From an uncultured archaeon (lineage in GTDB: Archaea > Altiarchaeota > Altiarchaeia > IMC4 > SCGC-AAA252-I15): 20,669 bases of DNA. A program made the translations under genes and the position numbers. Location: assembly GCA_902384455.1 (NCBI GenBank), contig CABMCB010000021.1, positions 1 to 20,669 of the forward strand, written 5' to 3'. The notes below the pieces were generated by a model, which worked only from the letters and a program-made list of their open reading frames with translations, did no database searches and had not been told where the DNA came from. Within the stretch, counting starts at the first letter, position 1, and every line of letters starts with the position of its first letter. This document shows positions 8,155 through 18,900 of the stretch, piece by piece.

Positions 8155-8237
8155 GCGGGGGTTCCCGAGTGGCCAAAGGGGCAGGACTTAAGATCCTGTG
8201 TTGTAGGACTTCGAGGGTTCGAACCCCTCCCCCCGCA
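8155..8237 (+). tRNA. tRNA-Leu(TAA)
   Basis: Acceptor stem GCGGGGG/CCCCCGC plus A; anticodon arm CAGGA-CTTAAGA-TCCTG (TAA at 8189-8191); long variable arm; T arm GAGGG-TTCGAAC-CCCTC. Confidence 0.96.
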
Positions 8238-8241
8238 TTTC

Positions 8242-8691
8242 TCAGTCTACTCCCAGTATCTCCTTTACGTCCAGTCCCAGTTGTTGGGCTTTGTCCATGT
8301 CTTGCCTCATGGCTTCTTCGTTGCCCAATTTGAGATGTATTCTGGCTCTGTACAAGTAGGCTTCGGCGAAAGTCGGGTTCATTTCTATGGCGTTGTTCAG
8401 GTCATCAAGTGCGGCCCTGTAGTCTGCAAGTTCATAGTAACACATACCGCGCATTGCGTAGTAGCTTGATAAGTCTGTCGTGGTTACAGGTATGTCCTCA
8501 GACTTTATCCTGTTGATTAATGTAGTATACTGTTGGGCGGCGCCTTGATAATTCCCTTGGTCGTACATGTCGCTTCCCCTCATCATCATGTCCTGCAAGG
8601 GGCTGCTTGTTGTGTCAGTTTCCACGGTTTTGCCGCATAAACAACCTGACGACAACGCCAAGGTTGTCAATAAAAACATCATAAATCGCAT
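8242..8691 (-). CDS. Tetratricopeptide-repeat lipoprotein
   Basis: LSSGC lipobox and TPR consensus segments (YYAMRGMCYYELADYRAALDDLNNAIEMNP; AEAYLYRARIHLKLG). A TTTATAAA box lies ~25-30 nt upstream. Confidence 0.85.
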   Translation of the reverse strand: MRFMMFLLTTLALSSGCLCGKTVETDTTSSPLQDMMMRGSDMYDQGNYQGAAQQYTTLINRIKSEDIPVTTTDLSSYYAMRGMCYYELADYRAALDDLNNAIEMNPTFAEAYLYRARIHLKLGNEEAMRQDMDKAQQLGLDVKEILGVD

Positions 8692-8927
8692 GTAAAATAC
8701 TTCTTAAAACAAATTTATAAAGAACAGTTTGTGCACTGGTCTGCTTCTAATAAAGGCGACAGATGATGACGTAACCAACGGCAAAAAGACCCCTCAAAAA
8801 GAGCCTACATACCGCAGACACCCCGCGCTAAACCCCCATAAAGCCTCCTCCGGTTAACCCCCGAAGTTTTATACTCCTCCTGTAATGTATAGAAAGACTA
8901 TCCGCAAAGATACCGGAGAAACAAAAA

Positions 8928-10784
8928 ATGAACGTCGACCCGTCCATACTAAGCAAGGAAAACACTGAAAAACTGAAGGCACTAAACAACCCCCACGTAA
9001 TGCACATCGTGGAAGAATACGCAAAAATATGCAAGCCAAATAAAATCACCGTTCTCACAGACTCAAAACAAGACGTAGAATACGCCCGCACAATAGCCCT
9101 CGAAAAAGGCGAAGAAGCAAAACTCAAGATGGCGGGACACACAGTCCACTTCGACGGCCCCAAAGACCAAGGCCGCGACAAGGAGAACACCAAAATTCTT
9201 GTTCCTAAGGGTGTTAAGCTGAGCAAAAGCATCAACACAGGGGAACGCGAAGAGTGCCTTACGGAAGTCATGGGTATTTTGGACGGCATAATGAAGGGGA
9301 AGGAGATGTTCGTCTCATTCTTCTGCCTGGGCCCCGAGAACTCAAAATTCAGCTTGTGCGCGCTGCAGCTGACGGATTCCGCGTACGTAGCCCACAGCGA
9401 AAACATCCTGTACCGCTCCGGTTACCGGGAGTTCAAGCGCCTTAAGGGCTCGGACAAATTCTTCTACTTCATACACTCCGCAGGAGAACTAAACGAACGC
9501 GGCCAGACTAAGAACGTGGATAAACGGCGCATTTACATAGACCTGGAAGGAAACCGCGTCTTAACCATAAACAACCAGTACGCTGGAAACAGCGTCGGAC
9601 TAAAGAAGTTGGCTTTGCGTTTGGCCATTAAGAAGGCGAATAACGAGGACTGGTTGTGCGAACACATGTTTCTGATGGGCGTTCTGCCTAAAGGTAAAGG
9701 ACGCAAGACTTATTTTGCGGGCGCTTTCCCAAGCGGCTGCGGCAAAACATCCACCGCAATGATTCCCGGCCAAACAATAGTCGGAGACGACATCGCATAC
9801 CTGCGCGTGGGCGATGACGGCCGCGCTTATTCTGTGAATGTTGAGCAGGGTATTTTCGGGATTATTGAGAATGTGAACGCTGATGATGATCCGCTGATTT
9901 TTGAGACTTTGAAGACGCCGAGGGAATTGATTTTCTCCAACGTGTTGGTGAAAGACGGCGTTCCTTATTGGCTTGGTATGGGGGAGGAGACTCCTAAGGA
10001 AGGTTTGAATTATGCCGGAGAATGGAAGGCGGGTATGATTGACGCGAAAGGCAAGCCTGTTTTGTTGGCTCATAAGAACGCGCGCTATACTATGCGTTTG
10101 TCGGAACTGCCAAATGTTGACCCTGAATTGCATAACCCGAACGGGGTGCCGGTCGACGGAATAATATATGGAGGCCGCGATTCCGACACGTCTCCTCCTG
10201 TGGCTCAGTCCTTAAGCTGGTCTCATGGTGTGTTTATGGGTGCTGCGGTTGAGTCTGAGACTACCGCGCAGGTTTTGGGGGCTGAGGGTGTGCGTACTCA
10301 CGACCCTATGGCGAACATGGATTTCCTCGTGGTGCCTTTGGCCACATACATTGAAAACCACATAAGCTTCGGCGAGCGCTTGGACAAGACGCCTAAGGTT
10401 TTCACGACAAACTATTTCCTTAAGAAGGACGGCAAGTTCCTCAACGGCAAGCTCGATAAGAAGGTGTGGCTGCTTTGGATGGAGGGGCGGGTGCACAACG
10501 AATACTCTGCGTTGGAGACTCCAATAGGGTACATACCCAAGTACGAGGACCTCAAGAAACTATTCAAGGAAGCGCTGAACAAAGAGTATTCAATGGAAAG
10601 CTACATCCAACAATTCTCCATACGCATAACAAAACTGCTTCAGAAACTGGACCGCATAGAAGCGATTTACCTCGAGGAAGGCGCGCCGGAAGTATTCCAC
10701 GAGCACCTTAAGCAGCAAAGAAGCAGGCTACTTGACGCTCAAAAGAAACATAACAAAGAAGAAATATCCCCACTAGACCTGTAA
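8928..10784 (+). CDS. pckG: Phosphoenolpyruvate carboxykinase (GTP-dependent)
   Basis: Motifs include YAGNS, WLCEHM, AFPSGCGKTS (P-loop), VGDDIAY, HKNARY, IYGGR and HDPMAN; 618 aa. Confidence 0.95.
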   Translation: MNVDPSILSKENTEKLKALNNPHVMHIVEEYAKICKPNKITVLTDSKQDVEYARTIALEKGEEAKLKMAGHTVHFDGPKDQGRDKENTKILVPKGVKLSKSINTGEREECLTEVMGILDGIMKGKEMFVSFFCLGPENSKFSLCALQLTDSAYVAHSENILYRSGYREFKRLKGSDKFFYFIHSAGELNERGQTKNVDKRRIYIDLEGNRVLTINNQYAGNSVGLKKLALRLAIKKANNEDWLCEHMFLMGVLPKGKGRKTYFAGAFPSGCGKTSTAMIPGQTIVGDDIAYLRVGDDGRAYSVNVEQGIFGIIENVNADDDPLIFETLKTPRELIFSNVLVKDGVPYWLGMGEETPKEGLNYAGEWKAGMIDAKGKPVLLAHKNARYTMRLSELPNVDPELHNPNGVPVDGIIYGGRDSDTSPPVAQSLSWSHGVFMGAAVESETTAQVLGAEGVRTHDPMANMDFLVVPLATYIENHISFGERLDKTPKVFTTNYFLKKDGKFLNGKLDKKVWLLWMEGRVHNEYSALETPIGYIPKYEDLKKLFKEALNKEYSMESYIQQFSIRITKLLQKLDRIEAIYLEEGAPEVFHEHLKQQRSRLLDAQKKHNKEEISPLDL

Positions 10785-10799
10785 AGCCAACCCAAGCAA

Positions 10800-11384
10800 A
10801 TGAAACCGGCAGCAGCAATATGGGCCGCAGCGACGCTGTTTACGGCTGGTTGTTTGGGTGGTGGGTCGGAGTCTGTTTGGGTTTCTATTTTGCCGCATGG
10901 GTGTTTGGAGGCGCCGTGGCAGCAGCAGTGGCTTTTGGTTAATGGGATTAATTTGTCTGCGTATCCTGGCGATCGGGATTATGAGATTATGCGGTCTTAT
11001 TATGGGGCGTTGTTTCATCCGTTGAATATTACGGTCACGAATTTTTCTGATGCTTTTTTGTGCGGTGGCGGGTGTAGTTGTCCTAGAGGGGATAGGGTTT
11101 GGCTTCTTGTGCCTGTGGAGAATTTGTCTTTTGTGGAGTCTGAGGGTTTTCGTCAGACTTCTCCGGAGTTTTTATGTGGTTCGGATTCTGATTGCGTGGC
11201 GGTGGATGACTGCTGCGGTTGTGATAGGGGGGGTGGGCGTAAGGCGATAAATAAGGACTATGTGGGTAAGTGGAAGGAGTATCTTCTTTGCGGTCAGGCG
11301 CCTTGTCCTGGGGTGCCGTTGGACGAGCCGGGTTGTAGGGGCGCGGTGCGTTGTGTGGTGAATGAGTGCGTTTTTGTCGAGTAG
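10800..11384 (+). CDS. Cys-rich predicted lipoprotein
   Basis: TAGC lipobox, CGGGCSCPRG motif and a C-terminal CGSDSDC...CCGC...C...C...C...C...C cluster. Confidence 0.75.
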   Translation: MKPAAAIWAAATLFTAGCLGGGSESVWVSILPHGCLEAPWQQQWLLVNGINLSAYPGDRDYEIMRSYYGALFHPLNITVTNFSDAFLCGGGCSCPRGDRVWLLVPVENLSFVESEGFRQTSPEFLCGSDSDCVAVDDCCGCDRGGGRKAINKDYVGKWKEYLLCGQAPCPGVPLDEPGCRGAVRCVVNECVFVE

Positions 11385-11419
11385 TTGTTTTGAGGCCGGT
11401 TTTTTAGGGCTCTTAGCGG

Positions 11420-11520
11420 CGGCATATCCTTTTTATAGCCATTTTTCACTATAGTAATATATTAAATATAATCATCATACGAAATATACTTGTTATATCC
11501 TATATAATCCATATACAAAG
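11420..11520 (+). promoter_or_regulatory. AT-rich promoter region of the surface-protein operon with several TATA-like boxes
   Basis: TTTTATA, ATTAAATA, TTATAT and TATATAA occur within ~100 bp of very AT-rich DNA upstream of the GGAGG at 11603-11607. Confidence 0.5.
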
Positions 11521-11612
11521 ACCAGAGGTATCCCGAAAAAATCAGCGTAAGGAAAAGGCAAAAAGGCACATCAGCGCCCTAAAAGAACCCTAAGTAGGTT
11601 GTGGAGGTAAAA

Positions 11613-12929
11613 ATGGGGGTCTCGTGGAGGGCTCTAGCCCAAAGAAGAAGATACGTAATACTACCGGCGATAGTAGCAGCATTACTACTAGCGGCAGCAT
11701 TCTCTCAGGCAGCCGGCTCTTTCTCTCTGACGCTTAACAGGGGCAGCTACAGCGAGAAAAACGTAATATACGCGTTCATCACCGGTCCGCCTAAGGAGTC
11801 CGTCGAAGTTTTGCTTATTGACGGGCGCGGCAAGACCGTCGAAACAGACGATGTACTGTTGTCTTCGCGCGGAAACGGTTACGGCACAATAACCCTGCCA
11901 GACTCTTCAGCATACACGGTAAGAGTACGGTATAATGGGCAGACCGTCGCTGAGGCATCAGTCAATTCGCCGCAAGACGGCAACACCTGCCCAAGTTGCA
12001 GTCAGAGGACTACGACCACCGTGGTTGCCACCACCACAACTCAGACCGCATACGTACCTACAAACGAATACCGTCCGCCCGCTTCCTCCACAGCGGCAAC
12101 AGCCGTAAATCCCGCTTCCTCCACAGTAATAACGCCAGAAACCACAACTCTATCCTCCACAGTAGCGACGTCGAATCCGGAGACAACGCTTCAGGAATCA
12201 ACAACATCAACCCCCACGTACTCTGAAAACGAAACAAACCCCGACGCGCTTATCCAAAAAAACCAAGGCACATCCACAGTAGACCTCGCGTATATACCGC
12301 CAAATGAGGCGGCAAGATTCGCTCAGGAGGATAAGGCGGACCATAAGCCGGTAAAGGAGAACGACTGGAAAAAGTCGGGAAACGTATCTTTGTACCGCTT
12401 CAGCGGCGGCGAATTCACCCGGAAGCAGTCTGATGCGGTTTATCCCGGTAGCGACAGTTTCTCAGTTGAAGCGTGGATTAAGGCGGATGAGTCTAGGGAT
12501 TCCGTCATAGTTAGTTCCGGCGAATGCTGCGGCATAGACAGTTACTGGAAGATTGTGCAGTCGCGGGTGACTGACAATCTTAGCGTGCTTACTGTTGTGG
12601 TGAACAATGGAAGCGGCGAACTGTCCGCGTACGGAAACGTGAATATAGCCGACGGGTTGTGGCATCAGGTTGTTTTGGTGCGGGACACCGGGAACATTGA
12701 GGTTCGCGGCTACGTGGACTCCGTGTTGGACCTGAACATGTCGGACACTTTCGGCGTAATACTTGACAACTCGTCGTTCCTTTATGTCGGAGTCGGGAAC
12801 CCGTTCCAGAATGAGGGGTTCAACGGCACAATAGCAAACGTTAAGACATACAGGCGGGCGTTGGGAGACGACGAAATAAAGTCCCTTTATTCGGAGCAGA
12901 TTAGTGAAGTTTCCGGGGTGACTGAATGA
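11613..12929 (+). CDS. Secreted protein: N-terminal Ig-like domain, Thr/Ser/Pro linker, C-terminal LamG-like (concanavalin A-like) jellyroll
   Basis: Hydrophobic signal segment, long T/S linker and LamG_3-type motifs (SFSVEAWIK, IADGLWHQVVLVRD, GYVDS, FNGTIANVKTYRRAL...EIKSLY). Start placed at ATG 11613, after GGAGG. Confidence 0.85.
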   Translation: MGVSWRALAQRRRYVILPAIVAALLLAAAFSQAAGSFSLTLNRGSYSEKNVIYAFITGPPKESVEVLLIDGRGKTVETDDVLLSSRGNGYGTITLPDSSAYTVRVRYNGQTVAEASVNSPQDGNTCPSCSQRTTTTVVATTTTQTAYVPTNEYRPPASSTAATAVNPASSTVITPETTTLSSTVATSNPETTLQESTTSTPTYSENETNPDALIQKNQGTSTVDLAYIPPNEAARFAQEDKADHKPVKENDWKKSGNVSLYRFSGGEFTRKQSDAVYPGSDSFSVEAWIKADESRDSVIVSSGECCGIDSYWKIVQSRVTDNLSVLTVVVNNGSGELSAYGNVNIADGLWHQVVLVRDTGNIEVRGYVDSVLDLNMSDTFGVILDNSSFLYVGVGNPFQNEGFNGTIANVKTYRRALGDDEIKSLYSEQISEVSGVTE

Positions 12930-15900
12930 GAAAAAGCGTAATTCTCGTTCTTCTGGTCTTCATTGCTTTTTCGTCAGCTGCGGACGCGTCTTCGGCGGTT
13001 ATAGCGTACCGTTCAAATACTGGGTCCAGCACTACAAGCTCGCCTAAAATAAAATTCTGGAATCCGACTGGTGCTGGAAGTTGGGGTTCGGAGATAGAGC
13101 TGGCGACAGCCGGCTCGCCAGTAAGGTACGCCCTCATAAAGCAGTCCCCAATAACCTCAAAGATAGTTTTGGTCACTCAAAGCGACGACGGAAACCTGGA
13201 CGGCTACGTCTGCACATACAACTGCACGTTCGCCGCATCCTGGACTGTCTCAAACAACATAGCCAATGTGTGGGCGAGCGCGCCAGGTACGTCCTCCCGT
13301 CGTTTCGACATAGCGTTTGAGTCTAATTCAGGAGACCTATTGCTCGTCTACGGAGTAGTTAACACAAGCGGGGCGTGCGATTTGGGGTATAAGGTGCTGC
13401 CTGAATCAAGCAGCGACTTCAGCGCGCTGACTGCAGCAAATTGCATAAACGACAACTCCATAGGCACCGATATACAATACTCGTGGGTCAGTCTGGACCG
13501 TAATCCTCTAAGTTCAAGCGACGTGATTATTCTGGGCGCATTTGATTCGACAGGCAACGACGCAAGCGGTTGGGTGTGGAACGGAAGCAACTGGGGCAAC
13601 CAACAGGAGATAGGCACCGCGTTCACAAGAACCGGCGGATTGGAGGTAGTAAACGCTAAATACACCACCGACGGCACGCAGGGTATGGTCATGGTCGGAG
13701 GAGACAACGGCGTAAGAGGAGGATTCATCTCATACTACTGGGGCGGGGCTTCTTGGACAAGTGTGGGGACAGTCGACGTAGACACGACAGACAACAACGA
13801 CATACAGTGGAACACGCTTAAGGCAGACCCCGCATCAAACAAGTACCTTCAGGCGGTACTCATAGACAGCGGAAGCGACCTACACACTGGCTTCTGGAAC
13901 GGGACCGGATGGAACGTTACAGCTAACATAGACCTACAGGTGGACTTGGCGACTGCAAGGTGCGCAGACGTAGAATGGAACCCCTCCGGCTCCACAGGAA
14001 AACTCGTCTGGGACACGGACACAGCCGCAGGAACAACAATAAGCGAAATAACATGCAACCCACGCTGCAGTGTTGCCACAACTACGCCGTCAACTTACGC
14101 CTCATCCGGCGACTGGATTTCCCTATACTCCAACCCCACAGACGCCGAAACCACTAATATCCTCGGAGTCCGCCTGGACGCCACTCCAGACACAGGCTCT
14201 TTCACATGGGACGGCACAGGATACACCAACTACGGGGACGCGGCGATAACCACCGACCCCAACGTAGCAACATACGAGTCCTACTACGTCGCATTCAAAG
14301 TAGACAAGAAGCCGCCGCTTCTGACGCTCGTGGCGCCAACGCCCGACGCCTCGCAAAACATAAACAACCAAAACTGGGTGATGGTGAACGTCACATCAAA
14401 CGAAGTGTTGGACACGGCGTTGCTAGAATGGCAGGGAGCCAACTATTCGATGGCAAGGTACGACGCCGTAAATAAAATCTTCAATTTGACCAAGAATGGT
14501 CTGGCTCCCGGCTCGTACACATACAAAGTCTGGGGCAACGACACAAACAACAACTGGAACGCCTCCGAAACGCGCACCGTAACCCTCGTAGACCAAGCCC
14601 CCACTTACACAAACGTAGTCCAACAGACGATGTTCCAGGTGGCGACAACCCACCTACACAGAAACGACACGATGAACCTGTCTGCTGACTGGGACGAATA
14701 CTGGTCTCTTAACAGGGCGTGGCTGGAGACTAACGAAGGAGGAAGCTGGCACAATGTGACGCAATACGGCTCCCAGATGAACATTGCGGGCACAACAAAC
14801 AGAACCAGCTTCTACTGGACAAACAGCACATTCCTCCCGGGCACATCAATAAGCTGGAAAATACACGCAAACGACACGTCAAACAAAGTAAACAGCACGC
14901 CCACCAACTCGTTCACCATATGGGGTTGGGCGAACACTTCCACCGCATTGAACATGTCTGTTGTTTTAATCAACAACAACGTCCAGGTGTTCTGTCGCGT
15001 CCGTGACCTGCAGGATGGCAGTGGTGTCGCAAATTATTTGGTTAACGTCATGAACGGGACGTCTGTTGTTGCGGTCGGCTCAACTGACGCTCAGGGTTGG
15101 TTCAACACGACTTATGCGCCGCCGATTACCGGCAACGTGGTTGTTTCCTGCAACATCAGCAGTAATGCGTCTTTGTTTTACAATAAGACAGTCGATTCAT
15201 CTGCTACGTTGCGGGGGGCGGCTCCGCCCATGTACACTAACGTGGTTGAGTTGTTGTATGGTGTCGCAAGTGGTGTTGTCCATCGTAATGAGACTTTGAA
15301 TTTGAGTGCGGCTTGGACTGATGACCAGACTTTAGATAAAGCCCGGTTGGAAACCAATGAAAGCGGGAGTTGGGCGAATCTTACTCAGTATGGTTCTCCA
15401 ATTTCTATGGGTGGCGGTAGTTTTGTGACTAACTTCTTGTGGAGCAACAGCACTTTCGCTCCCGGACGAAGCATTGGTTGGCGCATTCACTCAAACGACT
15501 CAGACCATTACGTAAACAGCAATCCGGTTAATTCTTTCACCGTCTGGGGTTGGGCTAATACTTCGACAGCCTTGAATCAGTCGATTATTCTGGTAAATCG
15601 TCCAGTTCAGGTGTTTTGTAGAGTCGGGGATACTCAAGACGGTAGTGGTGTCGCTAATTATCTCGTCAACGTCATGAATGGGACGGATGTTGTCGCGGTG
15701 GGTTCGACTGATGTTCAAGGCTGGTTCAACACGACTTATACTCCGCCGATTACCGGCAATGTCGTTGTTTCATGTAACATCAGCCACAACGCGTCTTTGT
15801 TCTATAACAAAACGGTCGATTCATCCGCGAGTTTGCGGGCTATGGATTACCCAAAGTACACTAATGTGGTTGAGTTGTTGTATGGTGTCGCAAGTGGTGT

Positions 15901-18900
15901 TGTCCATCGTAATGAGACTTTGAATTTGAGTGCGGCTTGGACTGATGACCAGGCTTTGGATAAGGCGATTTTGGAGACTAATGAGAGTGGTGTTTGGGCG
16001 AATCTCTCCCAGTACGGTTCTCCTATCTCTATGAGTGGCGGTAGTTTTGTGGCTAACTTCTTGTGGAGCAACAGCACATTCCTGCCGGGCAGATCCATAG
16101 GTTGGCGTATTCACGGCAACGATACCGATAGCTTAGTCAACAGCACCCCCGTGAATTCTTTCACCGTCTGGGGTTGGGCGAACACGTCGACTACACTGAA
16201 CGTGACGGTTGTTCTGACGAACCGTCCTGTAGTAGTGTACTGCCGAGTCCTCGACACCCAAGATGGCAGCGGCATCGCGAATTACCCTGTAAACGTGATG
16301 AACGACTCGTCCGTCTTTGCAGTCGGTTCTACTGATGCTTCAGGATGGTTTAATACCACCTATACCCCCCAAACAGGGGGCTCCATAGTCATCTCCTGCA
16401 ACATCAGCGACAACGCATCTTTGTTCTACAACAAGACGACGGATTCATCAGATACTCTTGAGGCTACAGGAGGGAACCCCAAGTACTCCAATGTCGTGCA
16501 GCTTCTGAACGGTGCCGCAAGCAACGTAGTCCACCGCAACGAAACCCTCAATTTGAGCGCAGACTGGAGCGACGAAAGCGGATTAGATCGCGCTTGGCTT
16601 GAGACCAACGAAAGCGGAACGTGGAGCAATCTGACTCAATACGATTCGCCCAAGGTTATCAGCGGTCTGAACGATGAAAGCAGCTTCCTATGGAGCAACG
16701 GCACATTCCTCCCCGGCAGATCAATCGGCTGGCGCATTCACGGCAATGACACCGACAACAACCTAAACAGCACCTCACTCAATTCGTTCACTGTTTGGGG
16801 TTGGGCAAACACCAGCACATCGCTCAACCAATCCACAGTCCCCCTTAATAATCCGGTTCAAGTGTTCTGCCGCGTGCTCGACGCGCAAGACGGAAGCGGA
16901 ATAGCCAATTACCTAGTTAACGTAATGAACGGCTCGGACATAGTTGCAACCAGTTCAACCGATTCCCAAGGATGGTTCAACACCACATACACGCCTCCAG
17001 CACTCGGGGCAGTGACCATCTCCTGTAACATCAGCGACAACGCATCTTTGTTCTACAACAAAACCAGCGGCTCATCGGCTAATTTGAGGGCCGCCTCTCA
17101 CCCGACTTACTCCAATGTCGTACAGATTATAAACGGCGCCCCAAGCAGTGTAGTTCACCGCAACGAAACTTTGAATCTGAGCGCCGACTGGAATGACGAA
17201 TATAGCCTCAACAGCGCTTGGTTGGAGACTAATGAAAGCAACGTCTGGGCCAACCTAACCCAATATGGTTCGACTTTGCCGATTAGCGGGTTGTCCAACC
17301 AAAGCAGTTTCCTGTGGTCAAACAGCACTTTCACCCCCGGAACGTCAATCGGCTGGCGCATCCACGCAAACGATACCGACAACCTAATCAACAGTACGCC
17401 CGTCAATTCGTTTACTGTTTGGGGTTGGGCTAACACGTCAATAAGCTTGAATGCGTCAAGCACTCTTGCCAACTACCCTGTTGAAGTCTACTGCCGTATC
17501 CGAGACACGCAAGACGGCTCAGCCATACAAAACTACCCTCTACACATTTACGCAGACACGACACTTGTCTCTTCCGGCTCAAGCGACACAAGCGGCTGGT
17601 ACAACACAACATACGCCCCATCAGTCAACGGCACAATAAGCATATCCTGCACCATAACAGACAACGCAGGACTATACTACACAGCCGCAAGCAACTCCAC
17701 CGTTGCCCTGGACGTAAGCGCAGCATATTACCTAAACTTCACAGCGTACCTTCCAGACAATTCCATAGACCAAAACGCAACCATAACATACATAGACTAC
17801 GCCAGCCAAACGTTAGCCGAACAAAACGGAAGCCTAAGGACATACCTGCCAGTCAACGAACTCTACGACATCAACCTGAGCGCGGTCACATCCCACTCCG
17901 GAATACAGTACGCCCGCATATACCAGCTAAACCTCACCGAAAACAAAACCATCAAATCACAAATAGCCGAAACATACTCCGGGACCCTCCCAACAGGAAT
18001 ACAAAGCATCACGCCCATACTTGCGATAAACGACACAAGCCTAATCTACAATACATCACGAATCGCACTGCCTAAAAACGGATTGCTCGTCACAACAATA
18101 CTGCACTGCCCCAGCTGGGACTACCAAACGGCATCATGTACCGGCGACGTCTGGGAAGTTAACTCAACAACAGACTACGCAACAGAAGAAAACGCCACCC
18201 ACATATGGTTCAACGTAACGGCAATGCAAGCGTACGCGGCAGGAGCCAGAAGATACCACCCAACATTGCAAGACATTAACATCTACAACGTAACCAGCCA
18301 ACCGAACACAAGAACAGGCGGAACACTTATAGACGCAGGAACCAACAAAACATTCGAACTACAAGTCGGATACAGCTACCGTTTCGACCTCTACGTCAAC
18401 AACACCGGCGACACCAACTGGCCCATCAACACATCAGATGTCATATACTTTACTGGCATCAACTCCTCATGGCCTGTTAACTATTCGGGTGAAGTCTGGT
18501 ACAACGACAGTTCGAGCGTTTATGTAGGCGGGTCGGGTGAGGGTAATGTAACGTGGGATACGTCGCTTGGCGGGACGGTTCCGTCGCATGCGATGGCTGT
18601 GTTCTCTTTTGTGGTTAACATAACGAGCATAGGTGAATACGGCGTAATTTTCTTAGCCAACGATACGTCTGCGCAGAACGCGAGCACCGTGGATTCGAGT
18701 GCGTTATCCATACTGCAAGGTTACACTCCCTATACGCCCAAAACAGCAATCGCCTACCGCTCAAGCACCGGCACAAGCGGTACGAGTTCGCCTAAAGCAC
18801 GGTTCCTTAACGCATCATCAAACGTGTGGGGCAATGAAGTAGAGTTGCCTACAGCCGGCTCGCCAGTAAGATACGCTGTAATAAAGCAGTCTCCTGTCTC

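Noticed and set aside
2540-8237. Provirus or integrative element bounded by the two tRNA-Leu genes
   Set aside because: Both are complete tRNAs with different anticodons rather than att fragments, and no integrase, replication or virion genes lie between them.
11402-11584. TTTTAGGGC ... GCCCTAAAA inverted repeat around the AT-rich region as a MITE
   Set aside because: Only 9 bp, with no target-site duplication or second copy; the interior is adequately explained as a promoter.
14600-17720. CRISPR array or DGR template/variable repeat pair
   Set aside because: The repeats are in-frame ~624-bp coding units with largely synonymous, non-adenine-specific differences. There are no short repeat-spacer units, cas genes or reverse transcriptase.
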